From Nemertoderma westbladi (lineage: Eukaryota; Animalia; Xenacoelomorpha), in the NCBI GenBank assembly GCA_032718475.1, contig JAUCBJ010005087.1, positions 1-64,000 on the forward strand: 64,000 bases of DNA. The letters are read 5' to 3'. This document shows positions 22,900-35,669 of the stretch, one piece after another. The notes below the pieces were generated by a model that searched no databases, had not been told where the DNA came from, and was given only the letters and a program-made list of their open reading frames with translations. The translations under genes were made by a program, and so were the position numbers. How positions within the stretch are numbered: position 1 is the stretch's first letter; each line of letters starts with the position of its first letter.

Positions 22900-24089
22900 C
22901 GGGATTTTAATGTTGAACTCGCCCCATGGTGGGGTGGTTTCTGGGAACGTCTGGTGGGTTTATCCAAACGTTGTTTAAAGAAAACACTCGGTGAAATGAG
23001 GACTGCCGTTCTAGATGTTGAACACGTAATAAACAACCGACCGCTTACCTTCGTCTACCACGATGATATTGATGACATTGAGCCCTTGGGGGAGTTACAC
23101 TGTCCCGTTAAAGACGAAATCAACTCTATTGTAATGCGAAAACGTGGAAAACTAGTTAATGCCTATTGGAAACGATGATCGAAAGAATACCTCAGCGAAT
23201 TACGAGAACACTATAAACCACTCGTCCCCAATCAAAACAACAGAGTCGAACCCAGTGTTGGTGATTTAGTTCTCGTACACGAGGAAAAGATGCCACGATC
23301 TCGATGGAGACTCACTAAAATTAAACAAACTCATACAGGTCGTGACGGAAGGATTAGAAGTGCCACTGTAAAGGTCTACGCCGCTCACAAGAAAAAAACA
23401 GTGGAACTCAATAGACCAGTGACATGTCTTTATCCTTTGGAAACAAATGACTGAAATTTATTATCTATTGGTTGTAGGGTTGTAATCTACGAAATGTGTT
23501 GTTTATATTATTATTTGAAGCTTGGTTAATTCACATAACAGCATAAATCGACTATTATTTTGTTTCTTGTTATAAAAGTAGGATATTTAGAGTATAGACT
23601 TTATACTAATTTGGTTTTTTTGACATTGTGAATAATTTTTTTTGAACTTTGTTCAAAACTTTGCTCAGAACTTTGTTCAACTTTGTAAATTAACTTGGGG
23701 GAAATGACGTGGATACTACTAATTAATTTATTGTGATATTAGCAAAGTTCTTGTTTTGATTTATTGCTTATTTTGACGTTGACTGCAATCTGATAATCAC
23801 TGCAGGTTTAACACTTTATTGTAATTAATTACGTAATTAATTGTGTCATCATTTAATAAACCATTGCCATGTGTAACCTGTTTGACCTATGTATTGTACG
23901 TAATCAATGTACTGATAAAAACTCTATGTATTAGACTCAATATTAATTCTTTTGTAATTAGTTTGTGTGTTTGTGTGGTTTGGATTAAATTATATTACAA
24001 CTGTAGGTTTGTCGGAATATAAAGATTTTAGTTAGTTTACAATAACTTGTTTTTTTGACTACTAACTTCCCCGAACCGACTCCTCAACA
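22900..24089 (+). mobile_element. 3' end of a third BEL/Pao family: integrase C-terminus, PPT and probable 3' LTR (about 23705-24089)
   Basis: [14 protein letters not shown]-like region, [23 protein letters not shown] and GRDGRIRSATVK...LNRPVTCLYPLE; GGGGGAAA followed by TG...CAACA. Confidence 0.75.
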
Positions 24090-24699
24090 CAGCGTTAATT
24101 TTCACATAGGGGGTGGAGGTTAGAGGAATATTGATGAGTATGATCTGTTAATTTGTTTTCTGTTGCATTTTTATTTTTAGAAATTTTTATTAAAATTATT
24201 TCACAAATCCTAATAGAAATTTCCGCAGGGTCCCCACTTTTCGCCGGGCCCTAGGCTCAAGCCTCGTAGGCCTCTTGGGTAATATGGCACTGGGCCTGAC
24301 TTGCATTCCGTTACTAGATTACCAGAAGTCAGTACAGCAGTAGGCTATTGCGTTCCCTAACCTGCTACTGTATCATGAGACCGGCTACCATCGGACAGGC
24401 AGCGCATTACAGCATTGAGGATGACCTTAACATTAGGCCTACAGTACAAACTCTTATAATATTTTTAACGCGATATTCGATTCTGGTACTGATAATGGCG
24501 ATAGCAAAACTTGTAGGCCTCACAACTGTACCATCACTTGATTACCACTACTCAGTTTGTAATATAGGCCATTCCTTTAGTCCTTAATGCATTATGCATA
24601 ATGCAATGTAATGCAATAACTATTTGTCTAATGCGCCGCCCCGCGGTCAGATGGTAGCCGGTCTGAATGTGATGGTAGCAGGAGCAGCAAGCAGCAGGG

Positions 24700-25802
24700 G
24701 GTCTTGTCGCATTTCGGCAACTCATAGTTTCATTTCGGCAACTCATAGTTTCATTTCGGCAACTTATAGTTGCATATCGGCAACTGTTAACCGGATGCGC
24801 TTAGGCAAACTAGATGCGTTTCGTAAACTAGTAAACAAAGGCCAACTGGATACTGTATAGAGCCTACAGTATAGAGATAGGTGGAATCTCAACGTCACCA
24901 TCGCATTGTATCAACCAACATAGTCAGAGCAAATCGGTATTATTTATTACCTTTGCCTCATTACGTTTCCCAGTATTCATTTTCAATCTACATTAGTTTA
25001 CCCACGCCTACTCCACCACTACTAACTAATAACTATTACCGAAGGCCTACACAAAACCAACAATAAACGAATAATATTATTATGTCTGATTCAATCAGAG
25101 TTAGGGCTACTACACCTGTCGTGGAAGTCAATATCCCCTTGTAAGCGTAATCATTGTACTGGTAAGCCTGAGTAAGCATCATTAGGCCCCTTGAACAAGC
25201 AACGAAATTGATGTTAGGTTTTGTTTCAGTTTCATTTCTGCCTACATAGTATGCCTACATTCAACAAAATATTCAAAAAAAAATTCATTCAAAAAAATTA
25301 CCAATTCAACAAATTAGTAACTGAAATTAATTATTGCTGAAGTTGTAGCTGGAAACCCCGCCCAGCAAGGTGCGCTTCGCATTGTGTTAGAAAAACTCCC
25401 ATTGGAAATTGTAAACGGGATTTGTGGTTCAGACAGACAGACTCCAGTTCCAAACGTACACATCCACAACTTCAGCTGCGGTATATTTAAAATTAACTAC
25501 TGTAACTAACTCAAACATTTAACAACTCTGCCGTCAATAACTATAACTAACTTAAACTTTTCATAATTTATAATTTACTTACATAATGAGTGCAGTCCCA
25601 GAGTTACATTATACATACGAGGGCATGTGACCTAGTTGCCGAAACGCGACTTCGGTTCGCCGAAATGCAACTACGAGTTGCCGAAATGCAACTACGAGTT
25701 GCCGAAACACAACTATAGCAGTTGGTGAAACGTAATTGTTCAGTTGCCGAAACGCGAATTTGAGTTGCCTAAACGTGACAGTTGCCTAAACGTGACAGAA
25801 CC
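24700..25802. mobile_element. MITE with imperfect TIRs and tandem subterminal TTTCGGCAACT / AGTTGCCGAAA repeats
   Basis: GGTCTTGTCGCATTTCGGCAACT...AGTTGCCTAAACGTGACAGAACC; 8-bp TSD CAGCAGGG at 24692-24699 and 25803-25810. Superfamily uncertain. Confidence 0.75.
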
Positions 25803-26194
25803 CAGCAGGGTAGGGAGGGAGCCCAGTACGCACTGCTTCTGCATTCTGCATATTAGCCTAGCACTGTAGTGCACAACAACAACAACCCATACTTCTGTAC
25901 TGTCAGTGGATGTACTGTATATTTTGCGAAGGTTTATTTGAAATTAAACGGCAATTATTGGAATTATAGCCCATTATCTTATTTGGTTATGAATCATATC
26001 GGACGCTGAAAGTGTGAAATGTGCCCCCTATCAGTAAATGGATAGCTTTCGCCCCTGCTTTAACATTAGCGATAACTTTCGCATAACTTTCGGTAGCTTT
26101 CGTTAGCTTTCGGTAATTGTCCTCTTTCAGAACTATACGACTTGCCAACAACAACAAGATTTGCTTTTGCTTTGATTTGGAGGTAAATCTATGT

Positions 26195-27085
26195 TCGATG
26201 CTAGAAATCTTACGAGCTTATGGAATACCAGAAGTAATTGTCGCTGACATTGGATTGTTATATACACCAAGGTTCAAGCTACACCAAGGTTCCACCTTGG
26301 TGTAGTGGTTACATTGAATTTACTTTAATTTATTTACATCTCCCGTAGGTCGTGGGTTCGATCCTCACATGGGACAGGGCAGTTTTCGTTTCGGCAAGGA
26401 TGCTTTAAAGGGACCAGCCAGGGCTCATGTCTGCCTTGCATCCTTAAGTGGTAGCTAAATGAGTACTTGAGTTTCCTCTGGGGAGTAAAGTTCTGGGGGG
26501 ACCGCACTGGAAATAAGTCGTCAGACTTTGTGCGTAATCCCTGGCCTAGTGGCCGAAGAAAATTAACTTTTACTTTTATACTTTACTTTTGTTATATAAT
26601 GACATACTGTAGGAGCTCAGGTACTCTCACCAGATGGTGAAACTGAGTTGTTCTCAATCCTGGCTGGCGTACTGCAAGGTGACACAGGCTCCATTACCAT
26701 TCATAATTGTATGAGATTTCGCAATGAGGGAGGATGACCACTCTGGGAGAAATGGATTTACACTACTGTACAAGAACGCAGAAGTAGTAGATATCCGGCA
26801 ACTCAGTCACAGATACGGATTTGTGGATCACACTGCCCTGCTCTACTAGCAGATGCACAGCTTCTACTTAATAAAGTGGAGAGGGCTGCTAAGGAGGTTG
26901 GATTGTATATAAATGCTACAAAGACCGAATTTATAACTTTTAATGTTGATGGAAACTTGACAACCATTGATAATAATCTACTAAGGAAGGTCGACGACTT
27001 CCAGTACCTTGAGTCATGGCACTGGATCATGACATAGAAGCTACACAGGAAAGCAAAAGCATGGTTAGCTCTATAATAATCAGAC
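26195..27085 (+). mobile_element. Degenerate RTE-type LINE fragment interrupted by a SINE
   Basis: MLEILRAYGIPEVIV...LAGVLQGDT...KEVGLYINATKTEF...KVDDFQYL; same family as 13545-14065. Confidence 0.8.
26288..26590 (+). mobile_element. tRNA-derived SINE
   Basis: A-box TGGTGTAGTGGTT, B-box GGTTCGATCC, central CATCCTTAAGTGGTAGCTAAATGAGTAC core and an (ACTTT)n tail. It splits the LINE fragment. Confidence 0.75.
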
Positions 27086-30000
27086 CTAAATTTATAGTGT
27101 TTTGCCACAGGTGTAGCAGGGATATTAATTATCTAACAGTCCAGAAAGCGACAGTTTTTTAAGAAAAACGGGCATAAAAAGTCATTAATCGGATATTCTT
27201 TGATATTCAGATCTCAATTATTCCCATTAATTTTTATCCTGGATTTCATATTACACCATACATTAACTTCTGCATAATGCGTGGTAATCAAGGTGTGTTG
27301 CCCATGCCTGCCCAAAATTGTTTCAAACGTTTTCATTGGCTGCTGAACTCTGTATATAATATGGAATAAACATTATTTACCAATCACAAATTCCTCTCTT
27401 GTTTTCTTTGTTATGGAAAAGTGTGTTATCCAATCATTCCTTGATGGAGAAAACAGCTACAAATTGAAATACTAATAAAATTATAGAAACTCAAAGTTGT
27501 TATTCTCTACTTTGTTTTCACTTCACGGTTTATCTATCACTGCACTTTTGAGTTGGTTGTATCAACGAACTTTTATATTACAGGTTGGCTTTTAAATTAT
27601 AATATACAATACCATATAGTAAGCTACATGAAGTAGTTCAGACATAAAAACAACTGGAGAAGGAGAGAAAAAAATTGTATTTACTTTAATTTGGTCAAGT
27701 AATATATAATAACTTTATTGTCTTTATCAGCCAGGCTCTTGTCAACACTGGGCGCTAACCACGAATTACAAGGAGACAATTTAGAGAACACTTGTGTTAC
27801 GAAAGTACATCCAAATAATATATTATTATACAATGTACAATAATAAGTTGATCTGCTTGTATATGCTGGTATTCATAGCATGTTGCCTTCAAGAAATGAC
27901 TACAGCTAGGAAGTATTACAACAGCCAAATATTATTTGGTAAGTCTAAATATATATTTTTATAATAACATGACCTAGTAGGTAATGATTAATGTAAATAA
28001 GTGCCACCTTGGAGTGTGTAGTCTAACCCATTGCCTGGTGTTCCATCCCCGCAGGGGGGTCAGGGTTATTCTCAATTCGCCAAAAAAGTTTCAAAGTGAT
28101 AACTAGGGCATAAGTTGGTAATATCAAATTTCCAAAGCATCTCCCTACCCTCTTGAAATTCATGGAAACCTATAGCAAAAACGTCAATTATTTATGCACT
28201 AATTTTCAGATGGTTTGATATAGCTAATGTACATTATTTCCTTACAAATTTGATTGCCGTTAATGACCAACTCAAATTTAGATTAACTGATTGGGGCTTT
28301 GAATGTATAATTAAACAGGAAAAAAAAGAGCAGTTTATGTAGCTACATTATTAAGCGTGGGCGTTGATTACAGTAAGAAGTGAGTGAAAGAACAGGCTCC
28401 CATAACGTCAGTCCGTGACTGTTGAATATCTTTTGTCGCCATGTTAGCAATGCTGCGTGCCCGGACATTGCTCTCACGTTCCGGAAATTGGGATCCTATG
28501 TACAGGTGTTTGATGTTGTCAAATAAATATATAATCAATTTGTAAAGTTGTTATTTGGCGTCCACTTTTCTATTATTATGCTATATATGTCTATATGCCT
28601 CTGCCCATTCATGGAATGGGTATGGAGCTCCCAGTGGGGCCCCCCATTCCTGTATTTTGCAGTACAAGTTGAATTGTACAATAGTTAAGCGCTGGCAAAA
28701 ATTCATACAATAAATTAAAATCATTTTAATTATTAATACATTTTTTTATTTTTAACTTTTCATATTATCTTTTTATGATGCCCCGACTGCCAGCTCTCTT
28801 ACTTTTATAAAACAAATTCAACGCTAAATTATTAATAAAGCCAATTAGTGAAATAATTAATTAAATTTTTTACTACTGCAATTCCCTGTTAAAGGTTATG
28901 TATGAGCTCAATGCGCATATTCGGTATGTTATATACAGCCAGATACTATGGTATGTTACATACAGCCAGATACTATGGTATGTTACATACAGCCAGATAC
29001 TATGCCATTAAGTTTATTTCTGTCAAATTTTGTCAGGATATTCTTTGTATAACCATAGCTAGTAGAAATAATAAAATTGAATTCACAAAATTGAATTTTC
29101 GATGACAAAAATTCTTCCCCACCTGAATGTATCTGTTGTGAATTCTAATAACAAAAAATAGATGACTTATTCAGTTTCGTTGACTAAACAGATCGTCAAC
29201 GATAAACGATTGAATATTCTTGGATTCCTATTTTTTTGGTTTAATTAATTCAGGACAGGACGGAAACCACACAAATCCACATCCTAGTGAAGTGGCAACG
29301 TCCCATTAAGGAACTTGTAAATTCTTTAACTCATCGTTTGTGTTCGACCGTATTTCTTGGAGTGAAGCCACATGAATTCTTTATCTAATCATTAGTGTCA
29401 CCGATGTATGTTTTTAAGTAGATGTTAAGTAGTCTTTTTATGTGAGAACAACAATTTATATTCAATTTCCTCCATATTCTATCAATAAGTTATTGTTAAT
29501 ACTGGTGTTAAGATTACACTAATTTTTACTTATATACTGTAATATTGTCGTAAAAATAAGATTTCATTTAAAAATATAACTAAATCATTAATTTACAATG
29601 CAAATTATATGCACTAAAATTTGCTTATTTGCACAAAATAATAAAAATATAAGTATAATTATGATTTAAAAATAGTTAAAATAAATTTTAAAGTTGGTTT
29701 GGTAACATTTATCAATGCTGAACAGTTGGAAGGGCAGCACCATCTTCCACTTCAATAAAAATCAACCAAATATTAAATAAGTGTTAAATAAAAATTTAAA
29801 AATATAACTACTTATTGCCGTAATGTTCCGTTAAATAAAGTAACGGAATATTTTTACTGGACAATATTAAGTATTTCAAGCATTAATGTTCTTCTTATTT
29901 AAATTTACCATGCAAATAGTAATTATTATAATAGGTAACTTGACACCATAATTTGTCTTCTTCAATAAATATATTTAGTGTAATTTTTCCTTGGTTCTCA

Positions 30001-32404
30001 GTTGCTGATGGCTATCTATTAACTGGTTTACGTTACAGGGCATTCCGGAAAGAGGGGATCTAATGCCGGCGGTGACGGAGAAAAGTTGACTGACGTTGTG
30101 CGAAACTCCAAAGATCGACTGGATAGAGACGGGAAACTGACAAGGGATCAAGTGTTGGATGTTAGTCAGAAACTTTGAAATAAACCCACTTCTCGTATTT
30201 TATAATATATTATATCAAAAATTTAATCTAGAGTCATTCCTTGTCTATCCATGCTATCGTTTCAAGGGTGTTCAGTTACCGTGCGACATACTTATTGTAG
30301 TCGCTTTTGTCATGAGAAGGCCTTTGAGGTACATGTTTGGTTTAGCGTGATGCAGCTTTGAAGTGAGTGATAATAATAATGTAATAGTAATACAAATAAA
30401 AGGATATTAATTACCACCTTGGGCAAAAAACATTTTGTGGGAAAAATTTCCCCGAGTCTCGCACCTCATGACGTAAACACATGAACTGGATATCTATCGG
30501 TAATAGAAAATAGAAGGCAGTTTTATCAGGTGCAGTACGAGCCCATTATTCCGAATAGATCGCATGGTACCGGTACTTATATGAATGTTGATCCATTATT
30601 ACTGTAGAATAGATGGACATTGAAGAGGCTTATTAATTTGTTAGTTGATTCAATAATTGCTGTAATACACGGTGTCATTCGATCCACAACCATTACGGTT
30701 TTACATCATTTCATTTCCTCCCCGCGCATCATACAGGATACGCCTTAGAGCGAATAATTGGCGTCTCAATAAATTCTACATGCAACGCATTTATTCATAG
30801 CATTATTTACAGGTGTTGCGATGCTGGTTCAAAGATTTGCGCCTATCTCCCATCTAATTTGGGGCGAGCCATGCAGTGAGTGATTCATCGGATTAATTAG
30901 ATCAAATATCATTACAGGAGTAGATTTAATACATATTCATCCCGGTTTAGGAAGTTGTAGCCCCAGGTTTGACCCAGCTTAATGTCTTGCCTACACGGTA
31001 GGGTATCCTCTTTCCGTATGTGAATCAGAACGGATAAAGATTGATTGACCTTGTAACATGACTTTTCTCGTTTCTCGTAGAGTACGGAATTGTTAGAAAC
31101 CAACTCAATCTGTAATCACATATGTCTTCTCCCAAGGCTTATTATACCTCTTATTTATTTTTATTTAAATGTGATGGTAGTTACCCAGTTCAAATTCACT
31201 CAACCCTGGTTATCAAATACTGTTGTACATTTTATCACGGTAATAAAATTATTTAGTAAAAGGTAGGGAGACAAGGCCCCAAATTGGCAATTATTTTCTC
31301 TGTTTATTCGAAATTTAAACTGAAATATTTCGACGATTGTGGTGTCGATGTAGATCAGATTGTGGTGGAATAAGTATAATTAATATAGGTTTACCATACC
31401 AAACTAAGTGTCCCAGTATGTTTGTCGAGTATCCATCACTCCAACTTACCTTCAAAATGTGACCTTCCTTTGTCGAAATGGTTCATCTGACCGGACGTGT
31501 ACTGCACACCAGCTGACAGGTGCTCCTTGCTATAGTATCCTTGCCGTACTATACACTACCCTACAACACATACACCACATATATGTACTGTACTACTGTA
31601 TGTCGACACACCTTTGCGTTGATTTGCACTCCATAGCATTTTAGTACTCACTTCGCTCTCATGCACACAGGCAGAATAATCTGCTGTTTCAATAAATAAC
31701 ATAATATATATTTACTTACCTGATAACATATCAGGTAACTGTCCTCAACCTTTTGTTTGAGGGAGTCTGCCTTTCTGTATATCTTTCTACCTACACCCTT
31801 CCCCCGCATTACCCACGATATATTACATATATTACAGTATATACACAATATATTACTAACAAAAAGTTATAATTTTTGTTACTTTTTCCTATAACATTTA
31901 TTTATTCACCAGAATGTAATTTGTTTGACGTATTTGAGTACTACAACTGTATATGCCAGTCATTCTAATCGGCATAAGAATAATATGTTACGACACTTTC
32001 ATAATTACTTTTAGAAATCAGTAATTATTACAGCAGGATAATATCCCTCGCCTTCCCTATTGCGGGATTTATTATTATATCTACACGTCCCCCCCCCCCC
32101 CCCCCCGCCCCCACCACAACAATTATAGACAGTTACATAATTAGAGAAGTCGGATTTTGAATTAAACCTATTCTAATTAGCTTTGCAATTATTGCTCCCG
32201 AAGGTTTATGGGAGTTTGAGTTAATTTTTTCGATTATGAGCTACACTGTATGTATATACTATGACGGGATGGATTCTGTGTAACTAGGATTTACAGTTAA
32301 ACAGTAGTTTATAATTAGCCGTGGATAAAAATCTGTCGATAATTCAACGTTAATTATTTCCTAATTCTAGGAAAAGAATTGATCACGATCGCAGATTACT
32401 ATTA

Positions 32405-33729
32405 ATAATACACCATATTTGTATTAGGTCACTAAATAATACACCATATTTGTATCAGGTCACTAAATAATACACCATATTTGTATCAGGTCACTAAATA
32501 ATACACCATATTTGTATCAGGTCACTAAATAATACACCATATTTGTATTAGGTCACTAAATAATACACCATATTTGTATTAGGTCACTAAATAAATACAC
32601 CATATTTGTATCAGATCACTAAATAATACACCATATTTGTATCAGGTCACTAAATAATACACCATATTTGTATTAGGTCACTAAATAAATACACCATATT
32701 TGTATCAGATCACTAAATAATACACCATATTTGTATTCAGGTCACTAAATAATACACCATATTTGTATCAGGTCACTAAATAATACACCATATTTGTATC
32801 AGGTCACTAAATAATACACCATATTTGTATTAGGTCACTAAATAAATACACCATATTTGTATCAGATCACTAAATAATACACCATATTTGAATTCAGGTC
32901 ACTAAATAATACACCATATTTGTATCAGGTCACTAAATAATACACCATATTTGTATCAGGTCACTAAATAATACACCATATTTGTATCAGGTCACTAAAT
33001 AATACACCATATTTGTATGAGGTCACTAAATACTGTAATACACCATATTTGTATCAGGTCACTAAATAAATACACCATATTTGTATCAGATCACTAAATA
33101 ATACACCATATTTGTATTCAGGTCACTAAATAATACACCATATTTGTATCAGGTCACTAAATAATACACCATATTTGTATCAGGTCACTAAATAATACAC
33201 CATATTTGTATCAGGTCACTAAATAATACACCATATTTGTATGAGGTCACTAAATACTGTAATACACGATATTTGTATCAGGTCACTAAATAATACACCA
33301 TATTAGTATCAGGTCACTAAATACTGTAATACCCCATATTTGTATCAGGTCACTAAATAATACACCATATTTGTATCAGGTCACTAAATATTACACCAGA
33401 TTTGAATCAGGTCACTAAATAATACACCATATTTGTATCAGGTCACTAAATAATACACCATATTTGGATCAGGTCACTAAATAATACACCATATTTGTAT
33501 CAGGTCACTAAATACTGTAATACCCCATATTTGTATCAGGTCACTAAATAATACACCATATTTGTATCAGGTCACTATATATTACACCAGATTTTTATCA
33601 GGTCACTAAATAATACACCATATTTGTATCAGGTCACTAAATAATACACCATATTTGTATCAGGTCACTAAATAATACACCATATTTGTATCAGGTCACT
33701 AAATACTGTAATACACCATATTTGTATCA
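32405..33729. repeat. 31-bp tandem satellite (AGGTCACTAAATAATACACCATATTTGTATC), about 42 copies; resumes at 52114
   Basis: Clear 31-bp period with +1 variants and longer variants carrying an extra CTGTA-type insertion. Confidence 0.97.
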
Positions 33730-34393
33730 CTACTACTACTAGGATCGGCATGCTGCATTGCAGCTGCATTTTTAAGAATGCTGTGCCGGCTTATCGACAA
33801 AATTGCACCGCCATAACTCCCTATCACCCATGACATTTACTAGATCATCCGCATCTTCAAGGCCAGTGTCCTTTAAGATGCGTCTCAAAAAAGTCATGGG
33901 CTGTCCACCATGCTTATTCACTCCATGAGGCTGCCAAAGTACAAGATTATGCACTGGTTGGTCCTCACGGCGAAAGCAATGTCCTGCAAAGCGGAGGCGA
34001 TTTTGTTCTAGTGTCAAGCTTGGGGGAACCAGTGAGACACCTCCAATGTTATATAGTGTCTGGTTGGAGATGTGTGCATTGTACTTGACACAATGAACCC
34101 GGCGTAGCATTCTAGTGAATGTGCCATCCAGAGATTTGGTGTCCTCAGCAGTTAGAGCCCAGCATGGACTCCCATAGAGGAGTACTGGAACTACTGTTGC
34201 TCTAAATAATCGGACCTTAATTTTCCGATTAATTCTCGGTGACTTCCAAATCCTGGAAAGCCTATTCAAGGCTGCCCATGCCTTTCCCTTACGTATTCGA
34301 AGGTCTTCACCTGACTTCCGGATCCATGATCCCAGGTAACAGAAGTCATCCACATGCTCAAGCATTCCATCTTTTGAGCTTATGCTTATCCGT
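33730..34393 (-). mobile_element. 3' part of an RTE-type LINE (RT C-terminus, short 3' UTR, (TAG)n tail)
   Basis: ORF 33772-34365 LEHVDDFCYLGSWI...RLFRATVVPVLLYG...RLRFAGHCFR; (TAG)n tail; 12-bp TSD ATATTTGTATCA at 33718-33729 and 52114-52125. Confidence 0.9.
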
Positions 34394-35592
34394 TGTTCGC
34401 GCTTTTAGACCTTTAGCAGTTTAACCTGCCAAATTTAGGTATCTTCTAGGTTATAAATCGACTTTAGCCTATGACAAGTATTTGATACACTACATTAGAC
34501 GAAGCCAGCCTATGCGCGACCATTCGCCCGCTGGATTTACCCGGGAGACTGGATTCGGAAGCTCTGACCTTATTGCGGTGTAGGCCTACTGTATTATTCG
34601 ATTGATTGTTAATATATAATCTCTGACAAATATTATTCACTTTCGGGAAATATCAACAGTTCCTTTAGGACGTGGCGCTCTAAGTATATAAACAGAGTTA
34701 TGACTTACACTAAACACAACAGGATGGCTATTGATTCACGTATAAAGCGCATTCTTTAGGAGATGCTTTGTTATCTATCAAACTCATGAAAACTACCGCA
34801 CAATGCTGCACACCAATCTCCCGACCTTCACTAATTTTAGTCACATATAAAGAGAACAGCAACCGACACATGTAGGGCCTATGAAATCGCATTAGATTCA
34901 CTCCAAAACCACTATAATGTAAGTCGCAATTGCTATATGTAACCGGTCTCTCACCTTCAGTATATCAAGAAGATTGGGGTTTTATGATTATTTATCGATA
35001 TTCTCCAAATATAACAATATTCCATCAAATAAACCATAATAACCGACAGTAAATAGCAGTAAAATAATGCGGTGAAAGGTACATTCTGGCATTTGAGTCT
35101 GACCAGTTCGGTTTGTGATGTGCTATGCGTTATGATATGGTTTGATAACAGTTATACGTTTCTATGATCAAAGCCGTTCTAATGTTTGGCTAAAGTCTGA
35201 AACACAGAATAATTCCACAGCCGATGTTCTGGTATCAGGAAAAAAGGTAAACAAAGACCATAATGCATTGCGCGATTTCCCGGAGGCTTCTGTACAAATA
35301 AAATGAAAATCGCTCTGATTGGTCGACAGAACAAAGAACAAAGAAAAAGTTACACGTGGACATATCAGCTGACAGATGTCGTCATCTGAACTTACACTGT
35401 ATCAAGAGTATTTTGGCGTATTGCGACATAAAATCGCTAGTTATGTCCGCTAAAGTACACATACCGAAGAAATGGCTTTTTATGTCCACTAAAACACCGG
35501 TACAGTAAGGAAACGGCTTTTTATGTCCGCTAAAACACCTACAGAGTACTTTGCGGGGAAAATGACTAGCTAATTCCGCAAAAGCCTTTACA
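34394..35592 (-). repeat. 3' LTR of element 2
   Basis: TG...CA ends; preceded on the sense strand by the PPT-like GGGAGCGG. Confidence 0.95.
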
Positions 35593-35669
35593 CCGCTCCC
35601 AGAAAATGGGATTTAATTCTATAAAATATAAAAAATCACAGTTTCTAAAATATAAAATAGTCTAAACAG

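Noticed and set aside
28441-30160. Plus-strand gene with a mitochondrial-like leader (MLAMLRARTLLSR) spliced to the exon-like segment at 30039
   Set aside because: The donor is phase 2 but the downstream open frame needs phase 1, so the join hits a stop.
32405-33729. 31-bp repeats as a CRISPR array
   Set aside because: Head-to-tail tandem units with no unique spacers.
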